DNA of 64,000 nucleotides from Octopus sinensis (GCF_006345805.1 NC_043001.1:33728001-33792000), one strand, 5' to 3'; counted from the stretch's first letter, positions 13,640 through 29,219 are shown. The notes: generated from the sequence alone by a model not told the origin. Numbers and translations are program-made.

Positions 13640-15869
13640 TTAATCATTGAGAGATTACCAAGAATAATCTTAAAAGTATCTGGCCCTCAGGGGATTGTCT
13701 TTAGGGACATAGATACATACATACATACAAACATACCTATGTACGTACGTACATACATACATGCATAAGTTTAATTAGTCACTATCTTGAATATCAAACA
13801 TCAAGCTTTTTAGTATGACAAATATTTTTGTGTCTTCATTTGTTTTTAATACAGTTAGTCTTATTTCCAAACTCTAGATTGGAAACAAAAATTCATTATA
13901 TTCACACATAATTATATAGAATGTTGTTATATACATGCCTTCATTGACATGAATTGTAAATAGAATATTGTTTGATGTTCATTGGTTTATAATAGATATT
14001 TGTGCATTATGTTTTCTTGTTTTTAAATTAGAAATCCATTTTAGTCCACAGCCTCTGGCTGGAACAAGTGTAAGTAAAAGACTTGATTCTATTTCTAAAA
14101 TAAGGAATAGTTGGACATTGTTTAGATTTTTCAGTATGAAATAAGCATCAAAGAATTATTTCCAGCTGGTTTCAATGTATATATTTAGGAATTTGTAAAA
14201 AATATTTTATCACAATGTTTATAGCATAAGAGAGAGAGAGAGAGAGAGAAAGAGAGTGTGTGTGTGTGTGTTTGTGTTTATTCATGCATGTATCTACACA
14301 AAGATGTACACACCAGATGAATCCATCACAAAGCATGTGCATTGTGTCTTAATTTATATTACAATCAGGAACGATATGCTTCATCTTATCTTTTATTCTT
14401 TCTTACATATACATATATTTTCAACATACAGTGTTTAATACTAACAATAAAAGATATTCTGTTCAAGTATGATCACTCCAGGTGAGCAGATATGTCATCA
14501 TAAGTCTGTTAAATTGCTAAGAAATTTATGGTTATAAATTCATCAATCTCTGTATTTTGCCAAACTATTTGGATACTGAAAGGCCAAGTAAATATCAACA
14601 AGTTCTACCTATCACTGATTACTGAGCTATATCTCTGACAATTTCACTTGGGTGTCAATGGCTCAAAGCAAAAGAGTAAAACTGACAAATGTTTTGTAAC
14701 ATTTCAATGTTATTTTCAAATTTTTTTTATATGGAGAAAAATTGCAATATTCTAGGATTCCTAAGTGCAGAGGAAAGAAATACCTTTCAACTGATTATCA
14801 CAATGAAAGGTGTTATAACTTCTGCCTCATTTCAATTTGAGAAGTCACTTCTCAAGAGCAAAAGAATCACTATTAAAAGATCCTTTTCAAACTAAGTCCT
14901 ATAAGATCTTTCACATCCCACTAAATTTCAACACACAGAAACTAGATATTTCTAACCTTAGCTATGATTATATCACAAGGGCCACTAACTGGTTCCCATG
15001 CCGGTGCCACCGGAATGGCTCCTGTGCTGGTGGCACATAAAAAGCACCATTTGAGCGTGACCAATGCCAGTACCACTTGACTGGCCCTTGTGCTGGTGGC
15101 ACATAAAAGCATCCACTACACTCTTAGAGTGATTGGTTTTAGGAAGGCATCCATCTGTAGAAACTTTGCCAGATCAGGTTGGAGACTGGTGTAGCCTTCT
15201 GGCTCGCCAGCCCTCAGTCAAACCGTCAAACCCATGCCAGCATGGAAAGTGGACATTAAGTGATGATGATGATTATGATGATGATGAAATACATATTCTA
15301 ACTGATCAAGTATGCATAGAAGATTATTACATTATTATGTGGTATGTTGATAGCAGAATCTGTAAAGTACTGGACAAAATACCTTTAGTTCTGCCCCTGT
15401 ATGTTCTATGTTCAAATCCTTCTCAAGTCAATTAGGCCCTTCATCTTTTCAGGGTTGATAAAATAAGCATCAGTGAATAAAAATCAATACTATAGCCTAA
15501 AAGGTGGTGTCCAAGAATGGCTATAATCCAATGACAAAAATTTGTAAAAGAATAAAAGAATGTGTATATGGTGTCAATTACATCAAATATACCCTTAAAA
15601 GACAAGAAAGAAACCATAATAATTATTATCATTATTTGGGCAGTAGATTGGCAGAATCATTAAAGCATCAAACAAAATGCCTTGTAGTATTTGTTCCAAT
15701 TTTTTACATCCCGGGTTCAAATCTGCTGATGTCCACTTTGCTTTTTATCTCTTTAAAGTCAATAAAAACAAGTACCAATAAAGCATTGGGGTTGATTCAC
15801 CTGACTAACTCTCCCTTCAAATGTCCAGCCTTGTGCCTATGTTAGAAACAATTATTATAATCATTATAG

Positions 15870-16023
15870 GTGTAGGCATGGCTGCATGGTTAAAAAGTCT
15901 GATTCCTAACCACATGATTTCGGGTTCAGTCCTACAGCATGACACTTAGGGCAAGTGTCTTCTACATAGCCATGGTCTACTGAAAGCCTTGTGGATCTGG
16001 TAGACAGTAAATGAAAGAAACCA

Positions 16024-16057
<34 letters not shown>

Positions 16058-16360
16058 GTGTGTGTGTGTGTGTTGTGTGTGTGTGTGTGTGTGTGTGTGC
16101 GTGCATGCGTGTGTGTGTGTGTTTATGTATTTCTCTCTCTACATCATTCCACAGTAATAACTGTCACCATCATACAAGTGGTGTCTCTCATTTCCGGTCT
16201 TCCACAAAAACATGTCCAGCCATGGTTAAGTATCATCTAGCTTGAAAAAACAGATGACAACAGAAAGGGCTTCAGGCTTTAGAAAATCTGCATCAATGAA
16301 TTCTGCCTGGCCCATACATGCATGGAAAAGTGGATGTTAAAAGGATAATGATGACAACAA
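15870..16360 (+). mobile_element. SINE family A head and core with expanded (GT)n and a different tail
   Basis: ggcatggctgcatggttaaaaag...gacacttagggcaagtgtcttctac. Further partial copies near 1740-1880, 10020-10150, 11265-11410, 22620-22760, 37560-37740, 45370-45530, 62650-62830, 63490-63630 and 63888-63960. Confidence 0.8.
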
Positions 16361-19300
16361 ATCAAATTTTCGATATTGAATCTGATGTTGACAGTTATAA
16401 TACCATAGGTTCATTCCATTAAAATTAGATTTACTTTAAAAATATTTTAATGTCAAAAAAACCAATATGATCAGTTCATTAAAGCCATACAGAAACATGT
16501 ATACATTTCATAGAAGGTTTGTTTATTGTTTTCTTTTTGTTTTTAATTGGTTTTAGCAATCTAACTATTTCAATTAAAAGAAACAATTTATTTAGAATTC
16601 TTGAGATAAAGGATGCATAAAGAAATTTTCAATTAGAAGATCTAATTATTTATGTAGAAATGTCAATTTGGAAGATTGAATAAACATGGAAAATTGAGCT
16701 GATGCTTCTGACATCTGTTAATGCCACAGCTAAGAAAAAAAAAGAAACTATTAAACCATCAATGATAGCCAAAGATAAAAATTTAATGCCCAAAGTTTAA
16801 TTAGAAGAATGACTTTACAGAAGTTATTGAACTTCTAGGTACCTTTCAGGGTCTGAAGAAGTAAAGTCACAAGTGTAAGTGTATTCTATTGTTACATTCA
16901 CACATAAATATTGGTTTCGAATTTTGACACAAGGTCAGCAAGTTCAGAGAGAGGTTAAGTCAATTACATCTACCTCAGTGCTTAGCTGATATTTATTTTA
17001 TTGACCCTGAAAGGAAGAGAGGCTTAGTTAACCTTGGTGGAATTTGAACTCAGAATGTAAAGACAGATGAATTGCTGCTAGGCATTTTGCTTGGCACACT
17101 AATGATTCTGCCAGCTCAATTGACCTCTGCCAATTTCTATTATGATTAGGCTCTACTGACATATATTATGACCTTAGGTTGACTCTAAGTGGGTCAGCTC
17201 TAAGTGTTTGCTTCAAGCCTTCTCAAGATTACTAATTTCTTTGATTATTATTGTAAGGCAGGCCAAAATGCAAGAGGATCAGAAATTTATATTTTGTACC
17301 CTTTGTTGTTCTGAGAGTTTTCAACTGGAAAAAAATGGTGTTTAACAATTATTTTCCCACTGTCTCTCACCTATAAACAGAGTATTTCTCATGAATGTCC
17401 ATGCCACCAAAAAGTAACACATAGAATTCCTTTTATCCTTTATCTTCTTAACTATTCTGAACTCAGCTGACCTTTTTCTTTTCTGGTCTAAGAATGAAAC
17501 TTATAACCTTAAGATTGTGACCCCATCAATCCACACCACAGTCCCCATCCCTACCACACATAAATTTATTTAAAAACTACCACAACAACTGTTTTGACCA
17601 CAGTTCATTATCAAGTACCCTTGATAATGATCTAAAATCAAAACAATCTTTGTGCTAATTTTTTTAAAAAGCTATACAACTCAACACTTGTATTAGTATT
17701 GAATATAAAGATAAATATGAAACAGGGCCACTTCCACTGAACCAATTTCAATGGAGATAATTTAATACATACTTACATATATATAATCCTCACTCTTCTT
17801 TCTTAAACAAAATATTTCCCTCCACTTCTCTTCATTTCCCAATATTTTCCTACTCATATGCACTCCAATATTATAGAAGAATCTCTCTCTTTCTTTTTCC
17901 TCTCACATTGGTTTACTGTATATACCACTATTATTTTATCATGTTACCTCACTATTTCCTCCTTTCCACTGCAGGGTTGTATCATTCTTCATTCCACCTC
18001 TCTCTTGTTGGTGCAAACACTTTCACTCTTTTCTTCCATACCTACTTAAATTCAAATGTCTTCTCACCTGATGGCTGATCTCACTTGTTGGGTTAACTGC
18101 TGTCTCTCTCTTTCTCCTCTCCCCTCCACCAAATTGTTGATCTCTCACCTGTCTCCTATTATACCACTTTCTCTTTCTTCCACCTCTCTCAGCATGCTAT
18201 CACTTTCTAGTTTCAAATTCCAATAGAAATGCAGAAAGAAGGAAACCAGCCAACAAAAATGGGGTGTGTGACCTGGCCTTTATATACTAAATTTATTGTT
18301 TACATGTTAAAATAATTTTATTTTGAAAATTCCACATCTAAATCCTCCTTACTTCTCTTGAGTTCATGGATCTACATAAGGAAAGTTCCTCTCCAAAGTG
18401 GAACATAAGGCAAGGATTTTTTATGGAAAACTAACCATCCATGCATGGAAATCTCTACTCTTCAAGCCACTGATGATGTCCAACAGTGTATCAACACAGG
18501 CATTACTGTCAGAACTCAAAGAGCCAGAACAAATGTCACAATGTATCATGTCTGGCACTCTGACAATTACATGAATCTACCACCATGAGCAGCTACTATT
18601 AAGTCCAATTCTTACTGCTGTACAGTGGCTTGGGTGTCTCAATGTCAATGGTGTGCAAGCTCCTAGTAGGGCCTTCCATGTTGAATATGTCAAAGGATAG
18701 AAGCCAGACTTAAATGGACCACCTCTTCCAGAGGTAAAAATGGGTTTGCATAAGGCCAACATACCCATCAAGGAAACATGTTACAGAAGCATCAATGACA
18801 ATTCGAATCTAACAGAAGAGAAAAAGTCATCAATGACCTATGCTCCATAGGGAGTGAATGGCTTAAGTAGGTAAGAACAACCATGGGCAGGTACTTATTT
18901 ATTGGACTCTGAAAGAAGAAACATGAAGTTGAGCTCAGCAAAATTTGAACTCAGAGTGCAGAGAACTATCACAAAAACAGCAAGGTCTTCTAGTCAACAC
19001 TTTAAAAATTTGGCCAACTCACCACAGATATCTACAAATAAGAATTTGCTAAAGTCTTTATTTTGTGCAAATGGTTGAAATTGTCTCAGTTGAATTTTAA
19101 CAGCTAGCTGTGAAAGTTTTTTCCAACAAAAGGAAAACAATGTTGAATGCTAATTGACAGTATTAAACATGCATGTTGTTTGACAAGCATGGAATGGTGC
19201 TGTTTGGTAAATACAAAATTTAGTATTGTTTAAGCAAGGTAGCTGGCAGCAATACAAATGACAGGGAAATTCCTAGAATTTCATTGTCATTTGTGTTACT

Positions 19301-20305
19301 AACAATAGCTTACACTTTAAAAGCAACAATTTGCTTGACAAAGCAAATGATAAACACAGACTTCTGGAAGTCATGATCTAGGGATAGAAATAATTAAAAG
19401 TAGAATACTTCTTACCAAGAAAATATTCAAAGTGTTAAGGAAAGCAAATATTCATGTTCTGTACTAGCTAATTTGAATTAGGATGTTAGTCACTAATTTC
19501 TTTATATCTCTGCCCTCTACACAACCCCACTATATACTCACTACTTCACTCACATAGATCTACAAATAATACGAATTTGTTATTCTGAAGCAGAGAAACA
19601 GTATCCAGAACTATTTTATGTCTTTGAGTTCAAGATATATGAGTGTAAGAGGTGAGGACATCAAATATAAATTGCAGTAAATTAAAAATTGGGAATAAAT
19701 GTGAGCAGAAAGTTTTAAAGTGATGCAATGCCAAAGAAGAAGGACTGGAAAAAAGCATTCAACATAGGATTTATTAATATTATTTCCTTGAGATACACAG
19801 TGTCAGGATTACTTATGTTGAAATGGGCCAAGTGGCCAAAACTATATTGTAGAATATTTAGGAAGCCTGGCAGGTACTGTAGAGGTTGTGTATAGAGAGA
19901 TGATGCCTGATGTGTAAAATACAAACAGAAAGTGTTATATCCATGACTTAGGAGTGACAGTAGTTTTAAATGATTGATTTGAAGTAGAAGACATGGCTGA
20001 GCATCAAAGCATACACAAGTTGACAAAGTAAAAGAGCTAAGAAGGATTTATCAACACTATCAGAATACTTCAATGATGCTGAATATATGATACATACAAA
20101 TAAAAAAAAACAAGATCAATTATATTAAACTTTTTATACATATGACTCAACCAGAAGAGGAAGGGCAGCTCTCACAATCTGTTTTTTGTCCTAATTCTTA
20201 CAAGAAAAAAAAAAACAGGTCTAAATGCTTATAGTAGAATGTACAAAGTTAAAGTCATCTAAGAACAAAATGGAGTGTTAAAACAGGCAACATAGGTGTA
20301 AAATA

Positions 20306-20718
20306 GGCGTAGGAGTGGCTGTGTGGTAAGTAGCTTGCTTACGAACCACATGGTTCCGGGTTCAGTCCCACTGCGTGGCACCTTGGGCAAGTGTCTTCTA
20401 CTATAGACTTGGGCAGACCAAAGCCTTGTGAGTGGATTTGGGAGACGGAAACCGAAAGAAGCCTGTCGTATATGTGTATATATATATGTGTGTATGTTTG
20501 TGTGTTGTGTTTGCCCCCCCCTCCCCCAACATCGCTTGACAACCGATGCTGGTGTGTTTACGTCCCCGTAACTTAGCAGTTCAGCAAAAGAGACTGATAG
20601 ATTAAGTACTAGGCTTACAAAGAATAAGTCCTGGGGTCGATTTGCTCGACTAAAGGTGGTGCTCCAGCATGGCCACAGTCAAATGACTGAAACAAGTAAA
20701 TGAAATGAAATGAATGAA
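20306..20718 (+). mobile_element. tRNA-derived SINE family A, full length
   Basis: Head ggcgtaggagtggctgtgtggtaag (A box) ... ggttccgggttcagtccc (B box), core accttgggcaagtgtctt, internal (TA/TG) tract, A-rich tail. Confidence 0.9.
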
Positions 20719-21189
20719 CAGAATAAGTCAACCACTTAAAACCAAGAATGAGTTCTTTGATGAGCATCCAGACAAGACTTTGGTTAACCTGCAAGTATGA
20801 TAGAAGATATAGCCTAACGTGCTGCCAAGTGAGAATAAATCCAAAGGGACATAGTCGCAAAGTAAAGTTAACCACACTCTGACTTAAACTGGTGACTGAG
20901 ATGAAACAGAGCAAAAATAGAAGAATGCTGGACTAAATACCAAACAGTTTCTAAATTCATCTTTATGTTTTCTGAATTCATATAGCAGCTGGGTTTAATT
21001 GGCTTTGCATCCCTCATTATTGTCATCAATAATCAAGTATCATTATGAACATTAGTCAAATCAGCTGACTAAACCAATCCCTGAAATAAGTTGTGGTTAA
21101 TGAGACCATGACAGAAAGTGCTGCTACTGCTGCTGTTGCTGCTACTACTACTACTACTTGTGAGAATACATCACTATATTATCAAAGAT

Positions 21190-21620
21190 TGAGTCATTGT
21201 ATCTGCTTGTGAAGGAGAGATTGTATGATGCTTATATACAATGCTGTGCGGTAGCTAAACATGAGTATTGAGAGTGAAAAATGCATGAAAGCAAGAAAGA
21301 AATGAAGCAATCATGCTCTACTGGATGTGTAATGTTAGTGTGCATGAATGATGAAACACAAATGAGTTGAGAGAAAAATGGAATATAAGAGCATTCACAT
21401 GAAGAGTGCAAGAGAGAAGACTGAACTGGTATGAGTAAGAGTATAGATATATATATAGAAGATGACAATTGGGTAAAGATGTATCAAGTGATCCAAGTGG
21501 GAGGAACTTGCTTATGAGGAAGACCAAGGATAGTGAAGGTTGACCTCAAGAAGATGAACAGCATGAAGGGAATGACAAAGATGTGCAACAAGTGATGAGG
21601 CACTGAGGTGAAGAAGACAT
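21190..21620 (+). mobile_element. RTE ORF2 3' remnant
   Basis: Nucleotide similarity to 46690-47040 (atgctctactggatgtgtaatgttagtgtgcat; gtgcaagagagaagactgaactggtat). Confidence 0.7.
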
Positions 21621-21980
21621 GGTCAATCTATATAAACATAAAAAAACAAATGTGTGGTGTTGTTGGTGGTGATGAGGATGATGATATCCTCAGCAGCAAT
21701 ATCATATTTTTTTAAGCCTTATTTTAACTAAAATTTAATGTTATAGGATAACATTATGTCATAGGATAAAATTATTTATTGATTTCACCAGAATACAAAT
21801 GAAGATGCTATAGAATGTAAGCAAGTATTACTACCAAGCCAATAAAAATTAATAAATAAATTTACTCAAATTGTTTTGGATCCTTAGGAGAAAAAATATT
21901 AAAAGTTTAGTTAGAAACAGCCAGTAACACATATGTCTCACTTTGTTTATATATCTCACATGTACAGTTCATCAGCAATG

Positions 21981-22241
21981 CAAGTAAAGGTAAAGTTACT
22001 TTCTTGAGTCATACCAACACACAAGGGCTGGTTTCCCAGTTTCATGGTATATGTATCCCCCCCCCTGGATGGGATGCCAGTCTGTCACACGATTACTCAC
22101 TTTTGCCAGCTGAGTGGACTGGAGCAACATGAAATGAAGTGTTTTACTCAAGAACACAATGCATCACCTGGTCCAGGAATTGAAACCACAATCTTACGAT
22201 CATGAGTTCAACACTTTAACCACTAAGCCATGCACCTCCAC
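21981..22241 (-). mobile_element. Related tRNA-derived SINE (CORE-like plus V-like motifs)
   Basis: Minus head gtggaggtgcatggcttagtgg..., gactggcatcccatccagggg; TSD tcagcaatg on both sides (21972-21980 and 22243-22251); partial copy near 52400-52560. Confidence 0.8.
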
Positions 22242-23367
22242 TTCAGCAATGTCGATGTCTTAAATATACTTTGACACTTTAGCTCATATGCAGTGGAATG
22301 AAAGTACGACATATAACCAGTCTGATCATACTACAGGGCACTGACTATACTACATCTATCTTATAAGCACACTGTCCCTGATGTGCTAACAACGACGACT
22401 TATCACATGTGCAATGCACTAACAATATATCTCAAAAGTAGTTAACTAATGGTGTGCTTCATATCAATGGAAATTTATCTCTTTCTTACTGACAATGAGT
22501 CTTATGTATATTACTATGATTGATAGTGAGTATCATAGATGGTGTAATAACAATTTATCTCATGAGCAGGATAGATACAATTTGTCTCATAAATAGTGAA
22601 ATGAGTTTGTCTGGGCAACATGAATGTATGCACTGCTAAGTGGTTAAGAAGTTTGCTTTGCAATCACCTGTTTCTGGGTTTGATCCTAGTTTTCAGCACT
22701 TTGGGCAAGTGTCTTAACCCAAGCCTTGAGAATGAAATTTGGTGAATGGAAAGAATACATGTTTTGGAGTGGAAAACTTAATCTGTCACATAGATTAACA
22801 CAGTCCAATGCTACCTGGCTCTCAGGTAACTTTAGGAGAGTTCCTTGTGGTGTAAGTATTCAGACCTGGTGTTAGGTCTGAGAATAAGTTTATATCTTCC
22901 TCTTTATGCCCCACCAGTCTCAAGGTCAAGCAAAACGTCATTGGTGTTACCCTCCCTCCTCTAACTAAACTAACAAAACAAGTATCTCAAGTGGCTCATG
23001 GCTAAAATGCACTGGAAGTTTGCCATAGGAATAGTACATTGATATACTTCTCAGAGTGTACAGTTGAGTTTAGTTTTAACCAACGGTAAAAAAAAAGTAG
23101 CCTGATATCCTCTCAGTCAAGTGTTGTTGATTTGTCCCAAGAAAACTTTAAACTGCAATCCTATGATAAGACAAGTTGCAAGCATGAAAGAGGTACAATA
23201 ATGGTGGTGAAGTTTAGTGCATTGAACAATCTGTACTAGTATTAAAACAATACTGAATTCAAATCTATATTGCAATATTGAGAGGAAATGAATTCATGAC
23301 ATTGATGAAGTTTTCAGTGGCTCTCAACAAGTCGTTAGTTTATGGAACTTATAAGCCGCTTAATTAA

Positions 23368-23572
23368 TCCTTTTGTTACCATACACAGTCTTTATTTCAA
23401 TTAATTTTTAAAATAATAAAGAATTTATTAAAATAAGTTTGTCATAATTAAACTGGTGTTTGGAACATAAATTAGCACGAAATTCTTACATAAAATTTTA
23501 ATTAAGATCATTTTGAAAGATGGAGTTTGTATCAGAACTAGGACAATTTCAAATGTGCTGGTACCAAAAGGG
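23368..23572. mobile_element. piggyBac-type MITE, related older subfamily
   Basis: TTAA then tccttttgttacc ... ggtaccaaaaggg; internal aaagaattt..taaaata..tt and ggaacataaatt shared with 579-798. Confidence 0.7.
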
Positions 23573-25286
23573 TATTCTTCCCTCTCTTTCTACTGCCAAC
23601 AGCAATTATAACTGTTCTTAGAGCAAAGTTTTGAAATCAGCTACTAATTATGAGATATTCTTATCAAGAAATGAAACTAATAAGACAGATATATGCTTTA
23701 CCCAAAGACATAATTCAATACAATATTTAAAGTCATGTTCCTCGAGACATCAAATTAAGACTTGGCTTCACAAGCTCAGAATTAAATGATTCAATAAGTT
23801 TGATTTCAATTTGATAATCACTAGTTAACAAGACCACTATGCAATTAACAGTAGACGGTCATGCCATCATTATTAGCCAATAAATGTCTCGTATGTCTGC
23901 CTTAGCTCACTTCTGATGGCTATTTTTACTTTCATTAACTTAAAGTTTACATTTTAGTGCAGTTCCTAAAAGATTTGTAGGAATGGTTAGATATGTTAAC
24001 TATTGCCAGTTATTAGTATGTAGCACTGACTCTTAGAGAAAAGATATCAATAGTAGGGAAAAATAAAAACTAGAAAATTATACTTCAACAGAAAGTGTGA
24101 AGTGAGTTTTTTTTAATTTATGTCTTGGTTTTGCTTTTACTGTGTACATGTATAGAATAGGAAAGGTTTAAATGAGCTTTCACAAAAAAAAGTTTAAAGC
24201 TAATGTTAGCTGTTCCTTATCAGTAAAATGCAAGGTTAACAGTAGTATATATAGCATTATCAGTAAAGTGGCATGGAAATAGATCAGCTGGACTCAATTC
24301 TAATAATTAGAACTTCTAGAGCATATAATTAAAGAGGGGGATGAAATGTAATGTAATCATGAAATTGAATTCATATCAACATCCCACTTCTAAGTTATTA
24401 CCACTTATGAAGTTTTATATATAAATATTTAGCAGTATAAATTTCCTATAAAGATACATATGCATTTCAAATACAAAGAACACACATACACACACACACA
24501 AAATGAAATTCAAATTTTGATAAATCATAACAGGATAATAGAGGCACAACAGATATATGAATATAAACATTTTGTCTGCAAATGAGAGGTTTAAATTTTG
24601 GAGCAATTATTCCTATTTATTAATTTCAACATCACTTTGTCATAAGAACTAGAAAACGGATAGAAGGCTATAAAAAATTGCAACTATTTTAAAATAAACT
24701 ATCGCAAGTGTATAAGCACCAAGAATGAATATGAATATTCAAAATAAGATTCAATTTGCTTCACTACTTCATACAAGCTACAGATATTTTGTAGGAAAAC
24801 TACTGAACTTGTTTTGTTCCTCTACCCAAGTACATGAAAAGCTATGGCTGGTACATTTGAAAGAAGCCAATGAAAGAAGAGATTTTGTTTTTAAATTAGA
24901 CATTGTGGTATTACGTACAACATGACTATATATGGGGCAAATATCAAACCATTTTAAAATACAGCTTTCATCCTGGCTCTCAACTAAATGATCCAGAACA
25001 AGTTTACTTCACAGTTCAACTATGTCAAAAATAAATATGATCACTAAATTTTACTAAACTTACCTATTATGACAATTAGAAGCAATATAAGTTTAGTTTT
25101 AAAGAAAGCCCTACTTTCATTTTATATAATAATGAAGATAATTATATAATTATCATATTTCGTTTTATACAGAGTCTCTTGTTTTTAAATTCATTGTTAA
25201 ACTATTTTACTAATCCCTGTAAAATAGTCATCACCCACAAAGCAATCACAGAAACATACATACATCAGTAACAGCAGCACCACCAC

Positions 25287-25513
25287 CTATTTCTTTACTA
25301 CCCACAAGGGGCTAAACACAGAGAGGACAAACAAGGACAGACAAACGGATTAAGTCAATTATATCGACCCCAGTGCGTAACTGGTGCTTATTTAATCGAC
25401 CCTGAAAGGATGAAAGGCAAAGTCGATCTCGGCGGAATTTGAACTCAGAACGTAACAGCAGACGAAATACGGCTACGCATTTCACCCAGCGTGCTAACGT
25501 TTCTGCCAGCTCG
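25287..25513 (-). mobile_element. SINE family B, full length
   Basis: Reverse complement of 43294-43514. Older copies near 1320-1440, 15330-15500, 15640-15850, 16910-17120, 18890-19020, 38400-38500, 42290-42500, 47930-48140, 49150-49320, 51960-52100, 61090-61230 and 61880-62070. Confidence 0.9.
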
Positions 25514-26196
25514 CACCACCACCACCACCATCACTGCTACCATTGCTACTACCCTCATCATTTTAATGTTTACTTTTCCATGCATGTATGGGTCAGACGA
25601 AAATAAGTTGGAGCAGAGTTTTCCATGGCTGAATGTCCTTCCTGTTGCCAACACCCACTTGATTCTAAGTGAGGTAATAATCTCTTCCAGTCAATCAAAT
25701 AACTAAAATCTCAGACATGTTAAAGTAGAGAACTGGAAACAAAACAGTACTGTATGGGTGGTAAGCTTTTTGTTTACAAAGATAGTAAAACATGTCAAGA
25801 AGCCTGAACATGCTCTCACAGTGGACTGCAAACAAATGACAATGTTAGCAAAGCTATTGTTTGCAATCACTGAGTAATCACACATTGAGAGGAAATACAA
25901 ATGCATTCACAGAAACACACACATACACATGTATATGACAGGCTTCTTATATCTGTACAGTGTTAGTTAAAGTGCAAAACATACCAGTTTTTAGAACATC
26001 TTTATGCATATACTTTGAAAAAGAGACTGCAAAAAGAACCCATCTAATTTTCTTCAAATGATCTCCATAGTAACAAAGATCACAGAACTAAACTCCATTT
26101 TATTATTTTCTATATTATATTATATTATATTATATTATATTATATTATATTATATTATACTATGTCATGTTATATATATATATATATATATATATA

Positions 26197-26337
26197 GGCA
26201 CAAGCAAGGCTGTGTGGTAAGAAGCTTGTTTCCCAACCACATGTTTCTGGGTTCAGTCCCACCGTGGCACCTTGAGTAAGTGTCTTCTACTATAGCCTTG
26301 GGACAACTTGGTAGATGGAAACTGAAAGAAGCCCATC

Positions 26338-26375
<38 letters not shown>

Positions 26376-26590
26376 GTTTGTGTCTCTGTGTTTGTCCTAA
26401 CCACCATCGATTGATAACAGATGTTGGTGTGTTTACATCCCCATGACTTAGCGGTTCATGAAAAGAGACCAAAAGAATAAGTACTAGGCTTACAAAGAAT
26501 AAGTCCTGGGGTTGATGTGTTCGACTAAAGGCAGTGCTCCAGCATATCCACAGTCAAATGACTGAATCAAGTAAAAGAATAAAAGAATAT
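26197..26590 (+). mobile_element. SINE family A, full length
   Basis: Colinear with 20306-20718. Confidence 0.9.
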
Positions 26591-29152
26591 ATATATATAC
26601 ATATACATACACACACCATAAATTTCCTCATTGGTTGTATAAGCCATTAGGCACATGCAGTCCATATGAAATTTAGTAAAATAAATTTCACTCTCCGTTC
26701 AGTATTGAATGTCCCTATCAGTAAATGTTCGTTTGTTATTCTTAAATTAGCTTTAAAAATAATAACCTTTGACTATCAATTTCATTCACAAAATACTGGT
26801 CAGCATCAGGTTAAAGAAAACATTTGCCCAAGGTATCTAGGTCTATGTGTGCGTGCATGCTGACACACACATGTACATATGCATACACATACACACACAC
26901 ACACATTGTTTTTTATGCAAGTGATAAACAATTTTAATAAATGAATACTAATGTTAGTAGGTGAATATTAATTTTTTCTGTAATAAATAAATAAAAGGCA
27001 CAGCTTGTGTTCTAGAAGATGCATCTATAAACAAGAATATGGAACATATGGCATTTTTTTTTTTGATTATCAAATATTCCTCTCTGTTTAGGTTCTAGTC
27101 AAGAGGGACAGAAGGGGGGAGAGTTTGTGCACATCATTTCTGTGTGTGTGTGTGTGTGCGCGCGCGCCAGCCTGTGCTTACAAATGTAGTTCTGAACATC
27201 AGGATCTCTACAAGCACATACACACATAAACTGGAAGAGCTGGAATGAATCTGAAAATGTTCACGTTTAAACATGTAGTTGGAGCAGGTGTTTTGAGGCT
27301 AATGCCATTCCTAAAATTAATCATATTCTTTAGTTAAATGAGAAACTAATTTTCAAACAGCTCCACTGAAACAATATAAGAATTTGCATTTTTAAAAACC
27401 CCGAAGTAATATGAAGCCACAATATAGAGATCCACACTTTAATCACACAAATACCACACACACATGTATTTAAATATATATATATATACACATATACATA
27501 TCTATGAGTGTCAGTATGTATATGTATGCAAGCATATGAGTGTGTATATGTGTGTGTGTGTGTGCATGAAAATTGTCCTTTCTGCTTCTGGCATGAGATC
27601 ATCTTAGTAAAAAAGAAATGTCATTGTGTTTACATTCCTGGTGAACATCATGTCCGATGGATTTGCACTCTTGAAGCAGTGGAATACAAAACCAAGACAT
27701 CCTTTCCTTGTATAGCAGATAGCTGTTGCCTACAGGAAACATATTCAGCTGTGAAAATACTGGCTCAAGTGAGAGTGTATTCCAAGATAACTCTTTTTCT
27801 GAGTTGGTATAATGTGATTTGTAGGTGATTTGGCTTCTATTTCTAGTAGGTCAAGTAGCTTCAAAGAGGCTTCTATAGTAGTATGTGGTGTATTTATGAA
27901 TAATCTAAAAATAGAGATAAAATATGAAACATCACCAGGATCTTACACTATAACCCTACAACATGTGGTGCATGTAACTTGGTTCTAGAAGTGATGACAG
28001 TAAAGAATTCAAATAAGTACAAACTTCCTGAGCAATCTAGAAATTTGGTAATCTTGAATATAAGGATATAAAATTTTAAAAAATTTAAACCTTGAAAGAT
28101 GAAACCAATTTGAGTATTAAGAAAGCTGTAGTATAGATTCAAACAAATATTTTAGAAATGAGTTAAAAAAAATTTTTTTTTTCTCCTTAACCTTTGATTA
28201 ATCTATTCAGTTTTCTTATCATTCTAGACATGATTATACAAATATTCTGATCAAATCCTTATCTCCAAGAAGGAAAGAAAGAAGACCTATAATACACTCA
28301 TGCTACTTCTTTGTCAGAATAAATAAGGTAACAGAAGCAATGATCTGAGACTATGTAGGTCAGAATAAACAAAAAAACTGATGCATATCCCAATTAAATA
28401 CATTCTTTCTCTCTGAGTATTCACCCAGCTAGTGATAACAGACAAATTTCTCTTAAATCTTACCCTACCACTTAATAAAAGTAAGAAGGACATGTAAGAT
28501 AACATATAGTCATATATTAGAAAACAAGCATGGTATGCTTATAGGCATACTGTTTCAACAGCCCCAAATGTTCAAAGACCTGATCATCTAAAGTCAGTTT
28601 GAAAATCCATTTTGGATGAATACAGAAGAGTGTAGCCACCATTGTTAATTCTTGACAAAATTATATCCTAGGTAGTCATCTGAAGGCTCATATTAGAAAA
28701 GCTATTAAAGCTGTTGCAGGCATGCGTCTATACCAAAAAAGTGGTGATGCTCGAAATTGTGTTGACAATCACCATAAATGCAGGAGTGTGTTTGTGCAAA
28801 TATATAAGATACATACACAATGACTATATATACACACGCACAACATGATGATAATGATGACACACACACACATATATATATGCAGATGTACAGCCAGTAG
28901 ACAAAGTGTTCTACTTGTGAGTCCAATGTAACAGTCTGAGTCAATGTTTACATTGAAATTTAAATATTACATTGGTTGTATGATGTATGTCAGTAAAGTG
29001 GTGTAGTTACTAATGTACTTAGTATTATTACTGATAATAATATACAAATGTAGAAAAAATATGATAAATACAACATGCAGTTTATATCATCTGTTCCCTA
29101 GACAAACCATTGTGGCACTTGCATCTTCTGTAATGGGTGTTCATTTGGATGC

Positions 29153-29199
<47 letters not shown>

Positions 29200-29219
29200 T
29201 ATGGAGAAGTGCTATAGAG

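Noticed and set aside
19700-20040. Possible LINE C-terminal remnant (WQVL*RL.. resembling WAGHV.RM)
   Set aside because: Too degenerate to support a call.
20306-20390. tRNA-like A and B boxes (also at 43294, 50497 and others)
   Set aside because: These are SINE heads followed by core and tail, with no complete cloverleaf; no true tRNA or rRNA gene was seen.
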